From: Candidatus Magasanikbacteria bacterium RIFCSPHIGHO2_02_FULL_48_18
Lineage (GTDB): Bacteria > Patescibacteriota > Patescibacteriia > Magasanikbacterales > UBA922
DNA: 64,000 nucleotides
Assembly: GCA_001784285.1 (NCBI GenBank)
Contig: MFQC01000001.1
Span: 29,780-93,779, forward strand
Reading direction: 5' to 3'
Each line of letters begins with the position of its first letter. The first letter of the stretch is position 1. Of this stretch, positions 38,254-47,482 are shown in pieces. A program made the position numbers and the translations under genes. The notes beneath the pieces were generated by a model, which had not been told where the DNA came from, did no database searches, and saw nothing but the letters and a program-made list of their open reading frames with translations.

Positions 38254-39693
38254 TTATACAATTTGTTTTACTTCAAGTAGATTAACATGGCCCGCGTGGC
38301 CGACCGGCTCCCCTGCCGCAACAATAATATTATCATGAGCCTTGATGGCTTTTTGTTTTTTTAAGGCGCTGATTGACCGTTCGATCAACTCTTCAATCGA
38401 ATTGCACGGAACGAGAAGAAACGGTTTAATACCCCACGACACATTTAACTGGTGGCGCACTCGTTCACTGCTGGTCGCAACCACAATGGGCAACTCCGGT
38501 CTATGCCGACTAATAAGCCTTCCAGTATCCCCGGTAATCGACGCCGCAAGAATAAGTTTTGCGGAAACGTCCTCTGCCAAAATTTTTGATAATTCGCTGA
38601 TCACGTCGTCAATACTGCGTTTTTTTGCGCCAAAACTGCGTGACGGCATGTTGTCGTACACCGACTGTTCGGTTTTGAGAATGATATCCGCCATCGTTTG
38701 TACGGCTTCAACCGGAAATTGGCCGGTCGCGGTTTCGTTCGACAGCATAACCGCGTCAGTATGGTCAATAACGGCGTTCGCGACGTCCGACACCTCGGCT
38801 CTCGTAGGCCGCGGGTGCGACTGCATGGAATCGAGCATCTGCGTCGCCACAATCACCGGTTTTGCGGCGTCAAGCGCTTTGTCAATCAACTGTTTTTGAA
38901 TCAACGGAACATCTTCAGCCGGCACCTCGATACCCAAGTCTCCGCGCGCGATCATAATGCCATCCGCCGCGTCCAAAATTTCTTCTATATGTTTCACGGC
39001 CTCATGGCGCTCTATTTTGGCAATAATGCGGACCGGCATTTCACGCGACACGCCAAAATCTTTTTCGTATTGTTCAATCACATATTTGAGGTCAAAGACG
39101 TCTTTTGCGCTCATCACAAATGACAGCGCAATCGTATCAATGCCGTGCTGTACGCCAAACGCCACATCGTTTTTGTCTTTGTCGGTTAACGCGCTCACCT
39201 CAAGAGTGGAATCCGGCACATTGATGCCTTTGTGCGATGTCAAAAACCCCCCGTGGACCACGGTCACGATTATGGCCGACCCGCGCACTTCTTTGATCGC
39301 GGTTTCAATTTTTCCGTCGTCCAAAAGCAACCTCTCGCCAACACGGACATGCTGGTGCAAAGCCTCGTAATCAACGGGAATGACGCCGGGCGCGTATGCT
39401 TTTTGCGATGTGTCAAAACACACGACCGCATGGTCTGTGAGGACGACCCCCTCTTTGGGAAGCGCGCCAACGCGAATCTTCGGACCCTGGAGGTCTTGTA
39501 TGATGAGAATCGGCTCTCCGGTCTTTTTTTCCACCTGCCGCACGCGCTCAATAAGCATGGCGTGGTGCTCGCGGGTGCCGTGAGAAAAATTCAATCGTGC
39601 CACATTCATGCCGCTTTTTACCATGTCGGTTATCGTTGTAACGGTCTCGGACGATGGGCCAAGCGTGCATACAATTTTTGTTCTTTTGCGCAT
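38254..39693 (-). CDS. pyk: Pyruvate kinase
   Basis: TKIVCTLGPS, RLNFSHG, DLQGPKIR, IAKIE, ARGDLG, ATQMLDSM. Confidence 0.97.
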   Translation of the reverse strand: MRKRTKIVCTLGPSSETVTTITDMVKSGMNVARLNFSHGTREHHAMLIERVRQVEKKTGEPILIIQDLQGPKIRVGALPKEGVVLTDHAVVCFDTSQKAYAPGVIPVDYEALHQHVRVGERLLLDDGKIETAIKEVRGSAIIVTVVHGGFLTSHKGINVPDSTLEVSALTDKDKNDVAFGVQHGIDTIALSFVMSAKDVFDLKYVIEQYEKDFGVSREMPVRIIAKIERHEAVKHIEEILDAADGIMIARGDLGIEVPAEDVPLIQKQLIDKALDAAKPVIVATQMLDSMQSHPRPTRAEVSDVANAVIDHTDAVMLSNETATGQFPVEAVQTMADIILKTEQSVYDNMPSRSFGAKKRSIDDVISELSKILAEDVSAKLILAASITGDTGRLISRHRPELPIVVATSSERVRHQLNVSWGIKPFLLVPCNSIEELIERSISALKKQKAIKAHDNIIVAAGEPVGHAGHVNLLEVKQIV

Positions 39694-39710
39694 AAAAAAA
39701 CACTTGTGAT

Positions 39711-40973
39711 TTATTCCGTATCTGCCGGGTATTCTTCCAAGGTGACCGAAACGTCTTTTTCTTTTCCATCATGAAGAATTTTCAGCATTATCTGTTCTTC
39801 GACGCCATACCCCGCGATTTTTTTCGACAAAGAATCTTTATCTTCAAGTTTTTCTCCATTGATCTCAAGAATAATATCATTTTCCTCAAGGCCTGCCTTA
39901 TCCGCGGGCGATCCCGGAATAACGCCCAACTGTTCCGGCGTGTCACCGCGGACAACGAGGACGCCATAGGTAACCGGCAAAGCATTTTCTTCCGCAAGCC
40001 GGGGTGTTACCGGAATATATCGAATGCCAAGCCACGGGCGAACAATGCGTCCGGTTGCAATAACGCTCTCAATGCTTCGTTTAACCGTATTGATGGGTAT
40101 GGCGAATCCGACCAATTGTCCTTGGCGAGAAACCGCGGTATTGATCCCAATCACCTGGCCGGCGAGGTTGAGAAGCGGTCCGCCCGAATTTCCTGGATTG
40201 ATGGCCGCGTCGGTCTGAATGGCCTCTTCAAGAATTTCGCTTTGCCCCAATCCATCACCCGCTTCAACGCGACGATTGACGCCGCTCACGACACCGCGCG
40301 TGACCGTATTGCCAAATTCTGCGAGTGCATTGCCAATGGCGATCACGGTCTGCCCTAATTGCACGCTCTCCGAGTCTCCAAGGGCCAACACCGGAAAAGT
40401 ATCTCCTTCAATACGAAGGAGGGCCACGTCAAAGACCGGATCTTTTGCAACCACGGTCGCATTATATTCTGTGCCATCGGTCAAAATAACCGTATAAACC
40501 GCTGTCTCGTCTTCCACCACATGACGATTGGTCACCACCAGTCCATCTTTGGTAACCAAAAAACCGCTACCCCCGCCAACCTGCTGGAGTTTATTTTTTT
40601 CTTCTGTCTTTTTTTGATCATCCGGCTCGCCTCCTTGAGGCACATCAAAAAAAGGAAATCCAAAAAAATCATCAAACGGAAATGATTGGATATTTGGTTC
40701 AAGCGTTGAAATATCTTTTTTGATTGCAATACTCACCACGGCCTGATTCGCCGAGCGAACGACGTCAATCGTCGCAGATTCTTCATCAAGATACCCGGTT
40801 TCCCGAAGAGTGCCGGCGTCATCTCCTCCCGATAACCACTGCCTTTCGATCGGCGTCTTTATCCCAATAAGAGAAACAGTTGCCAGGGTTACGACAACAC
40901 TGACCACGACCGTACCGGCAAAAAGAAAAAAAGGGAGAAAAAAGAATCTGTGTTGTTTCATATAATAATGCAA
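39711..40973 (-). CDS. htrA: HtrA/DegP-family serine protease with PDZ domain
   Basis: TM anchor, GSGF, TNRHVV, QTDAAINPGNSGGPL and one PDZ domain. Confidence 0.93.
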   Translation of the reverse strand: MHYYMKQHRFFFLPFFLFAGTVVVSVVVTLATVSLIGIKTPIERQWLSGGDDAGTLRETGYLDEESATIDVVRSANQAVVSIAIKKDISTLEPNIQSFPFDDFFGFPFFDVPQGGEPDDQKKTEEKNKLQQVGGGSGFLVTKDGLVVTNRHVVEDETAVYTVILTDGTEYNATVVAKDPVFDVALLRIEGDTFPVLALGDSESVQLGQTVIAIGNALAEFGNTVTRGVVSGVNRRVEAGDGLGQSEILEEAIQTDAAINPGNSGGPLLNLAGQVIGINTAVSRQGQLVGFAIPINTVKRSIESVIATGRIVRPWLGIRYIPVTPRLAEENALPVTYGVLVVRGDTPEQLGVIPGSPADKAGLEENDIILEINGEKLEDKDSLSKKIAGYGVEEQIMLKILHDGKEKDVSVTLEEYPADTE

Positions 40974-41003
40974 TATGTATCGGGGCTGAGAGAACAGGCG
41001 CCC

Positions 41004-41339
41004 TTATTGTTTTTGTTTTTCAAGCTGACGGACGAATTCCTCAAGTTGCGCGTTCCCCGCCTTAGAAAACATCTCGGAAAATACCGACGTATTCGATGAT
41101 GGGTTGATTAATCCCGTCAGCTGATTGTATTGATTCCAAAACTGTTTCAGCAAAGAAGGCAGGTAAATCACACCCAAAATAATGGGAACGAGAATGAACA
41201 ATAATCGAATATAATTCCCCCAGACCATTGCCGTGAGCCGCCGTTGAATTTTTTTCTGCTGGAGAATCACTTGTTCGGTCAAGACGATATTTTTTTGAAC
41301 CAAGGATGCCATGTCGTTTGTTTGGTCTGTTGGTGTCAT
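41004..41339 (-). CDS. Small hypothetical membrane protein
   Basis: Coiled coil plus a single TM; operonic between nrdR and htrA. Confidence 0.65.
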   Translation of the reverse strand: MTPTDQTNDMASLVQKNIVLTEQVILQQKKIQRRLTAMVWGNYIRLLFILVPIILGVIYLPSLLKQFWNQYNQLTGLINPSSNTSVFSEMFSKAGNAQLEEFVRQLEKQKQ

Positions 41340-41348
41340 ATGAAAAAA

Positions 41349-41822
41349 TTAAGAACGGGACGTATCTCGATTCTTTTTTTGAAGCAGGGCAATTTCATCT
41401 TGAAATGTCGCCACGTCTTCAAACGCCCGGTAGATAGACGCAAAACGGATATACGCCACCTTATCAAATCGTTTGAGATGCTTCATCACCACCTCGCCCA
41501 CTTCGGCGCTGGTGATTTCTCTTTTTTTCTTTTTTTGGATATCTCGCTCAATCGCATGGATCAGCCGGTCAAACCGCTCTTGCGTATACGGCCGCTTGGT
41601 CAAAGAATGAAGAATGCCCTGTTCAAGCTTGTTGCGAGCATAGGTTTCTCTCCGGCCGTCTCGTTTGACGACGACCACATCGAGCAGTTCCACTTCTTCC
41701 ACCGTTGAAAAACGGTACCCGCACAAGAGGCATTCGCGGCGCCGACGCACGGCGCTACCGTCTTGCGCCATACGAGAATCAATGACTTTGGTTTCTTTCG
41801 AATTGCAAACGGGACAATACAT
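41349..41822 (-). CDS. nrdR: Transcriptional repressor NrdR
   Basis: MYCPVC...VIDSR...RRRRECLLCGYRFST, ATP-cone, VAYIRFASIY. Confidence 0.96.
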   Translation of the reverse strand: MYCPVCNSKETKVIDSRMAQDGSAVRRRRECLLCGYRFSTVEEVELLDVVVVKRDGRRETYARNKLEQGILHSLTKRPYTQERFDRLIHAIERDIQKKKKREITSAEVGEVVMKHLKRFDKVAYIRFASIYRAFEDVATFQDEIALLQKKNRDTSRS

Positions 41823-41857
41823 AGATGCCTCCATTGTATCAATAGAATAAAAAAAAG

Positions 41858-41879
41858 AAAACCCCTGTGAGAGGTTTTC
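41858..41879 (-). terminator. Intrinsic terminator after ftsZ
   Basis: GAAAACC...GGTTTTC stem followed by a long T tract on the minus strand. Confidence 0.7.
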
Positions 41880-41901
41880 AAGAACTAATAATAACACCCC
41901 G

Positions 41902-43173
41902 CTACATTCCCATTTTCTTCCGAATAAAGGTGGGAATTTCCAAGTCATCTTTTGCATTTTTTGGATTTTTTGGCGCAGAGGTTCGAGATGGAGGCGCATC
42001 CCCGCCGAAAACGGATAGTTCGGGATCGTGCGATACTGGCTTTGCGAGAAATGGCGTTTTAGATTCTTTTTCTTCTGTTTCATCCGCCTCTCCCGCCTCT
42101 GGCGGAGGGTTAAACAGCGATTTTCGTTTGGTAAAAAGTCCGGGCGAGTAGACTGTTTTTTTCTTTCCAAACGATTGCGGCATGTCTTCGTCTGAAAGAG
42201 TCATCTTTCTTTCCCGCTCCCGATCTTCAAATCCTGTGGCAATGACCGTAATGCGGATGTCTTCGCCCATGGTTTCGTCAATCACCGCGCCAAAAATAAC
42301 TTTTGCGTTATCGTCGGCTGAGCTCGTAATAATTTTTGCCGCCTCAGCGACTTCTTGCATGCCGAGACTCGTGCCGCCGGTAATGGTAAAGAGAATACCG
42401 CGGGCGCCGTCAATCGAAATCTCGAGCAATGGGCTCGAAATGGCGGCATGAGCGGCATCGACGGCCCTGTTTTCTCCTGTCCCAATGCCAATACCCATAA
42501 GCGCGGAGCCGGTATCGCGCATGATGGTCTTGACATCGGCAAAGTCCACGTTGATAAGCCCCGGAACCGTAATGAGTTCAGAAATTCCCTGCACTCCCTG
42601 ACGAAGCACTTCATCAACCGTGGTAAATGCGTCAAGGAGCGATGTTTTTTTATCAATAATTTGGAGCACTCGATCGTTCGGAATCGTGATGATGGTATCC
42701 ACACTTCGGCAGAGCTCATTATACGCGCCCTCGGCAATGGCCGAACGTTGCGGCCCTTCAAACGTAAATGGTTTGGTGACAACCGCGACGGTGAGCGCTC
42801 CCACTTCTCGCGCGATTTCCGCGATGACCGGGCTTGCCCCAGAACCCGTGCCGCCGCCAAGACCGCAAGTGATAAACACCATGTCCGCATCTTTTAAGGC
42901 TTCCCGAATTTCATTTTGCGATTCTTCCGCACTGCGTTTTCCCATTTCGGGATCCATGCCCGCGCCCAACCCTCGCGTGACTGTCTTTCCAATATGGAGT
43001 TTGCGCGATGCGCCATTGTGATGCAATGCCTGGACATCGGTATTCATCGCAATAAATTCAACCCCTCGTATACCGCTCCGAACCATTCGGTCAACGGCAG
43101 AACCGCCCGAGCCGCCAACGCCAATAACAAGAATTTTTGCAAAGGTCTCTATTTCTGGTTTCACTTGGGGCAT
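41902..43173 (-). CDS. ftsZ: Cell division protein FtsZ
   Basis: GVGGSG, GGGTGSG tubulin signature, NVDFADV, C-terminal [10 protein letters not shown]. Confidence 0.98.
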   Translation of the reverse strand: MPQVKPEIETFAKILVIGVGGSGGSAVDRMVRSGIRGVEFIAMNTDVQALHHNGASRKLHIGKTVTRGLGAGMDPEMGKRSAEESQNEIREALKDADMVFITCGLGGGTGSGASPVIAEIAREVGALTVAVVTKPFTFEGPQRSAIAEGAYNELCRSVDTIITIPNDRVLQIIDKKTSLLDAFTTVDEVLRQGVQGISELITVPGLINVDFADVKTIMRDTGSALMGIGIGTGENRAVDAAHAAISSPLLEISIDGARGILFTITGGTSLGMQEVAEAAKIITSSADDNAKVIFGAVIDETMGEDIRITVIATGFEDRERERKMTLSDEDMPQSFGKKKTVYSPGLFTKRKSLFNPPPEAGEADETEEKESKTPFLAKPVSHDPELSVFGGDAPPSRTSAPKNPKNAKDDLEIPTFIRKKMGM

Positions 43174-43209
43174 ACACGAAAAATTACGAGGAAAACCGAA
43201 CCAATGTTA

Positions 43210-43326
43210 TTTCTGAACACATAAAGTGTTCAGAAAAGAAGAAAATAAAATACACGTGGCATCTTAGTACCAGTGTATAAGGTTTCTCTTGACGTGTCAA
43301 GAAAAATCAATTGTTTTGTGTATAAG
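43210..43326 (-). promoter_or_regulatory. ftsZ promoter region (TTGACA-17-TACACT) with inverted repeats and DnaA-box-like sites
   Basis: -35 at 43300-43295 inside TCTTGAC-GT-GTCAAGA; -10 at 43277-43272; 11-bp inverted repeat at 43210-43236; TTATACACA at 43325-43317. Confidence 0.55.
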
Positions 43327-43350
43327 TGTTCAAACCGGGCTGAAAAAACG

Positions 43351-44619
43351 CTATGGCATGAGTGACTTCCAAATTCCTTGCAGACTTTTGAGCACTTTAC
43401 CCGCGTGCTTTAAAGGAGAACGGGATGCGCGCGCTCCCTGATGATAGAGACGGCTCCCCCACGCCACCAAGCCAACAGAAGCAGTAAACGCGACATCATT
43501 CACCCGCGCATGCCCGCTCGTAATAAAGAGCGGGTAGCCAAGCGACGCAGGCAATTGCATGATTTCTTTTGCCAGCGGGACAAGCCCGTGTATTTTTGCT
43601 CCCCCGCCGGAAAAAATAACTCCTGCCGGCAGGCGTCCATCGCAATGAACCTGTGCAAGCTTTTGATTGACTTGCGACAGAATTTCCGCCATGCGATCCT
43701 CAATAATCTCGGCGATATAATACAAGGAAACGAGCTCACCGCGCTCGGACCCAAAATCCATGAGATCAATTTTTTGTTTTTTATTGACGTCTTTTGCCAC
43801 GCACGATCCATATTCCATTTTTATTTTTTCCGCGATATCAATGGTTGTTTTCAACAATAAGGCAATATCATTGGTCACATGTTCCGAGCCAAGAGGCAAA
43901 ACCGACGTCTCAACAATATCGCCCCCTTCATAGACCACAATGCTTGTCGTCGAACTCCCAATATTGACAACGGACGCTCCAAGCTCTCTCTGGCGCGGGG
44001 TAGTGACAATTTCTCCGGTCGCGAGAATAGAAAGGACCAAATCGTCAATATCAATGCCCGTGCGATAGACCGCTTTGGTGATATTTTTCATGTGAGCGGT
44101 GAGCCCGTAGATAATCTGCGTATCGACTTCCAGCCGGATGCCGGTCATGCCGACCGGGTCTTGGATGCCGGTTTGGCTATCCACATGAAACGTCCGAGGG
44201 ATAACATGAAGAATTTCATAATTGAGAGGCACAGCCACCGTTTTTGCCGCGTCAATAGCGCGGTCCACGTCTTCTGTTGATATTTCTCCATCCGATTTTG
44301 CAACCGCGACCACCCCTTTGCTCTGCTGAGAAAGAATATGAATGCCGGAAATGCCAATCCATGCGTGTTCGATGGGGACGCCGATAAGACGCTCAATTTC
44401 TTCAAGCGCATTCGACAGGGCGGAAACCGTTTCTTCAATACTCGATATGGCTCCTTTTTGGATTCCTTCGGACGGCACTTCCACCAACCCAATAATCTGG
44501 ACTTCCTCTCTTCCGTCCATGCCCATGGTCGGCTGTCCCACAGCCACGCGGATTGCCGTTGACCCAATATCAATGCCAACAATCAGTTCGGTAAATTGTT
44601 TTCCCTTTTTTGAAAACAT
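43351..44619 (-). CDS. ftsA: Cell division protein FtsA
   Basis: GIDIGST, DPVGMTGIRLE, VTNDIA, GGGAKI and an amphipathic C-terminal helix. Confidence 0.95.
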   Translation of the reverse strand: MFSKKGKQFTELIVGIDIGSTAIRVAVGQPTMGMDGREEVQIIGLVEVPSEGIQKGAISSIEETVSALSNALEEIERLIGVPIEHAWIGISGIHILSQQSKGVVAVAKSDGEISTEDVDRAIDAAKTVAVPLNYEILHVIPRTFHVDSQTGIQDPVGMTGIRLEVDTQIIYGLTAHMKNITKAVYRTGIDIDDLVLSILATGEIVTTPRQRELGASVVNIGSSTTSIVVYEGGDIVETSVLPLGSEHVTNDIALLLKTTIDIAEKIKMEYGSCVAKDVNKKQKIDLMDFGSERGELVSLYYIAEIIEDRMAEILSQVNQKLAQVHCDGRLPAGVIFSGGGAKIHGLVPLAKEIMQLPASLGYPLFITSGHARVNDVAFTASVGLVAWGSRLYHQGARASRSPLKHAGKVLKSLQGIWKSLMP

Positions 44620-44645
44620 ACAAGACGTCATTGACCACAAGTGTA

Positions 44646-45008
44646 TCAAGGAGAAACGAAAAATTCAATCACATGCGGAAAAAAAATAATGATCCCGATG
44701 AGCGCGGCCCCGCAGGACGCGAGAAAAACCACGCCCGCCATGATATCTTTTGTAATTTCCACATGCATGCTCAGCCGCGGCTTCACAATATCCATAAACT
44801 TTTCGACCGCGCTATTCACCAATTCCAATACTAAAATAAAAAGGATGAGCCAGAGAATGACAATTATTTCATTGCGGCTGAGACGGAAAAAAACTCCTGC
44901 CCAAAATACCAAAAAGCCGATAGACAGCTGAATGCGAAAATTCTGTTCATGAGAAAACACGTATCGTATGCCCCGAGTTGCGGCATGGATGCTGTGAAAG
45001 AGTTTCAT
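44646..45008 (-). CDS. dgkA: Diacylglycerol/undecaprenol kinase
   Basis: HEQNFRIQ, ELVNSAVEKFMD, KDIMAG. Confidence 0.9.
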   Translation of the reverse strand: MKLFHSIHAATRGIRYVFSHEQNFRIQLSIGFLVFWAGVFFRLSRNEIIVILWLILFILVLELVNSAVEKFMDIVKPRLSMHVEITKDIMAGVVFLASCGAALIGIIIFFPHVIEFFVSP

Positions 45009-45012
45009 ACAG

Positions 45013-45468
45013 TCAATTTTTTTTTCTGAAAAGCGCGCGCTTCAATATGGCCTCCTGAAGAGGAAACATTTTTTTTGCGTCCGAAGAAGTCATGTGGTCG
45101 TATCCAAAGAGATGAAGGACACCATGAATAACCATGCGTCGTGCTTCTTCGAGAGGAGAAACGCCAAATCGTTTTGCCTGTTGTACCACAAAGGGCACGC
45201 ATAAAAACAAGTCCCCCATGTCGCCCTTTGCGGCGGGATAAGCCGGTCCTTTGTTTCGCTTGCCTTCTTGCGTCGGAAAAGACAGCACATCGGTTGGCCG
45301 GTTCACCCCGCGATATTGTCTGTTCAATGTTTTTATTTTTTGTTCTCCAACAAAATGAATACTTGCCTCAAATGGTCCAAACTGTTTTTCGGCTTCTCTC
45401 AATACGGAAACAATGCTTTTTTTTGAAAAGGGCAAGCGCCGGAGCGAACAAAACATATTCCAAGGCAT
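45013..45468 (-). CDS. ybeY: rRNA maturation RNase YbeY (start uncertain)
   Basis: LNRQYRG...TDVLSF, HGVLHLFGYDH. Confidence 0.95.
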   Translation of the reverse strand: MPWNMFCSLRRLPFSKKSIVSVLREAEKQFGPFEASIHFVGEQKIKTLNRQYRGVNRPTDVLSFPTQEGKRNKGPAYPAAKGDMGDLFLCVPFVVQQAKRFGVSPLEEARRMVIHGVLHLFGYDHMTSSDAKKMFPLQEAILKRALFRKKN

Positions 45469-45482
45469 ACCAAAAGCGACAC

Positions 45483-46598
45483 TTACGCAGAAGGGATATC
45501 GAGCAAAACCTGATCCGGGATTTCAACCGACGTTTGCTCGGGGCGAAAACTTTGTATCATCATTTGCATGACTTGCCGAAAAAAGATATTGGGCGTCTGC
45601 GCCGGATGATAGATAATGATAAAGACGCGAGCCTCGAGGGCCGCGTAGGCAACCATGCCATCTTTGCGGACAAATAAATCCTCCTCAAATCGATTGACGA
45701 CAGAACTCAAATCGCTATACAACTGATCGCTTGCGTGGGCGCCAAACCATGCGGAGAACGACTCTTCTGCTTTTTTCTCTATGGTATAGAGAGCGATATA
45801 ATCACCCGACAAATCACTGAATAACACCTGGCTCGCCTGCGGATCAACCGCGCCAACGCCCCAGGTGCCCGGATAATACACCCGATATTGCCATTGGGGA
45901 TTGATATATTCCAAAATAAGTCCGGAATCAATAAGTTTTCTTGGGGCGAGTCCTTTGGGATTGTACAAATTATACACTTCCTGTCCGTCATAATACCCAT
46001 CCCCATCCGTATCCCACGATCCGCTATCCGTGCCAAAAATTTCTTCTTCAATATCCGTGAGCCCGTCATCGTCCACGTCATCGCTTCCGGTAAAATAAAA
46101 ATCAGGAAAAATGAGCGTGATGAGAGAAGCGCTTGATGTGGGAGATGCTGGAGGAATCTGTTCATCCGTTGTGGTCGTAACGCCGCTCTCTTCCAAGGCC
46201 TCTTGAACCGGAGAAGATGTTGCCACCGATTCCTGCGATGTTTGGATCGGCGCTGGTTTTTTTTGCGCGCTCGCGATTGGGTTCTCGCCCGAGGCATCCC
46301 GGATATAATACCACGTGGTGGCTACCGCAATAAGGCAAAAAAGGACCCCGCCGCCAATCATCATCACTTTTTTATTTCGAAAAAAATGAAACAAAAAAAG
46401 AGAGCTCGCTCCGCCTTTCTGGGCGGAAGGAGGAACAATTTTTTTCTTTTCCGAAACAATCGTCGTTGCGTCTTTTGCAGGAGCGGCATAGATATCCGGA
46501 TTTTTTCCTCCATAAAAAATATCGGGGATCGTATGAATCACGACGGACGCGAGGTGTTGATCGGGAATGGTTTTTTCTTTTTTTCGACCAAATATCAT
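45483..46598 (-). CDS. Membrane-anchored protein with DxDxDG Ca-binding repeats and a PsbP-like C-terminal domain
   Basis: TM helix, Thr/Ser linker, DVDDDGLTD.EE..FGTD...DTDGDGY.DG.EV...YNP; C-terminus Y.NP.WQYRVYYP.TW...MIQSF. Confidence 0.7.
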   Translation of the reverse strand: MIFGRKKEKTIPDQHLASVVIHTIPDIFYGGKNPDIYAAPAKDATTIVSEKKKIVPPSAQKGGASSLFLFHFFRNKKVMMIGGGVLFCLIAVATTWYYIRDASGENPIASAQKKPAPIQTSQESVATSSPVQEALEESGVTTTTDEQIPPASPTSSASLITLIFPDFYFTGSDDVDDDGLTDIEEEIFGTDSGSWDTDGDGYYDGQEVYNLYNPKGLAPRKLIDSGLILEYINPQWQYRVYYPGTWGVGAVDPQASQVLFSDLSGDYIALYTIEKKAEESFSAWFGAHASDQLYSDLSSVVNRFEEDLFVRKDGMVAYAALEARVFIIIYHPAQTPNIFFRQVMQMMIQSFRPEQTSVEIPDQVLLDIPSA

Positions 46599-46627
46599 AG
46601 TGCGTACAGCATATCGGCTCCCAAGGT

Positions 46628-47440
46628 CTATGATGACGTTGCAGGAGTGCCAACGTCAAAAATTCTTCCAGGGCCGGCCGGATTATACCCTGCTTTTACT
46701 TCTTGACCGTCGAGATACCCATCCCCATCAGTATCTGGATTCAGCGGATCAGTTTTCCATGCCAACACCTCGTCTCCGTCACTCAGCCCATCGCTATCCG
46801 AATCCCAATGGAGCGGATCGGTCCCCACATCTTTTTCATCCCCGTCACTGATGCCGTCACTGTCACTATCAATAGGTTCGCCAAATAATATTTGTTCATC
46901 AACTGAAAATTGCGGAGCCGGCGGTTGGGTGTTTTGTTCTCCGGACGGTACCGGCTGGCCGCTGGTTTCTCCGGTTTGCTCCGCTGTCTGGGTCGGCTGA
47001 ATATCGACCTCGTTTGTGTCTTGAATAAACACACGGTAGACGTACCATCCGGCAAAACCAAGAAATAATACCCCAACTCCGGCAATCAGCCCGATCGCCA
47101 GACCCCGGCTCAACAATGGCTCCTTCATTGGGTAGTCCATTTGTTCTTCCGGTGGTGTGATAATTTTGGGCGGGACATCCGGAGGCTGCGACGGCACCAT
47201 ATCTAATGATTCGGGAGACGATTTCGGTTTTAAAATTCCTGCTTGTATTGCTGTTTTTGGCGTGGAAAATTCCGGCGCGACACCGAACGAATCCGGATTT
47301 TTTTCTAACGGATTGGGCTCGCTTATCGGAACGGTTTCATCCGCAGATACATCGGTTTGACCAAAAATATCTTCCGGCTCTGCCGTGGGAAGATTGGGCG
47401 GGACAGAACCTTTTGGTTGGAGTGCTGAATCATCAAACAT
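46628..47440 (-). CDS. Membrane-anchored protein with thrombospondin-3-like DxDxDG repeats
   Basis: Pro-rich N-terminus, TM helix, three DSDSDG/DTDGDG...GTDP repeats ending GYNP.G.G. Confidence 0.75.
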   Translation of the reverse strand: MFDDSALQPKGSVPPNLPTAEPEDIFGQTDVSADETVPISEPNPLEKNPDSFGVAPEFSTPKTAIQAGILKPKSSPESLDMVPSQPPDVPPKIITPPEEQMDYPMKEPLLSRGLAIGLIAGVGVLFLGFAGWYVYRVFIQDTNEVDIQPTQTAEQTGETSGQPVPSGEQNTQPPAPQFSVDEQILFGEPIDSDSDGISDGDEKDVGTDPLHWDSDSDGLSDGDEVLAWKTDPLNPDTDGDGYLDGQEVKAGYNPAGPGRIFDVGTPATSS

Positions 47441-47482
47441 AGAAAAAATATTATGTATTATAGGAAAGTCAAAATAGTATCA

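Noticed and set aside
43214-43231. GAAC...GTTC as a LexA (Cheo) box
   Set aside because: The spacing is 9 nt rather than 4, and the sequence is better explained as an RNA hairpin.
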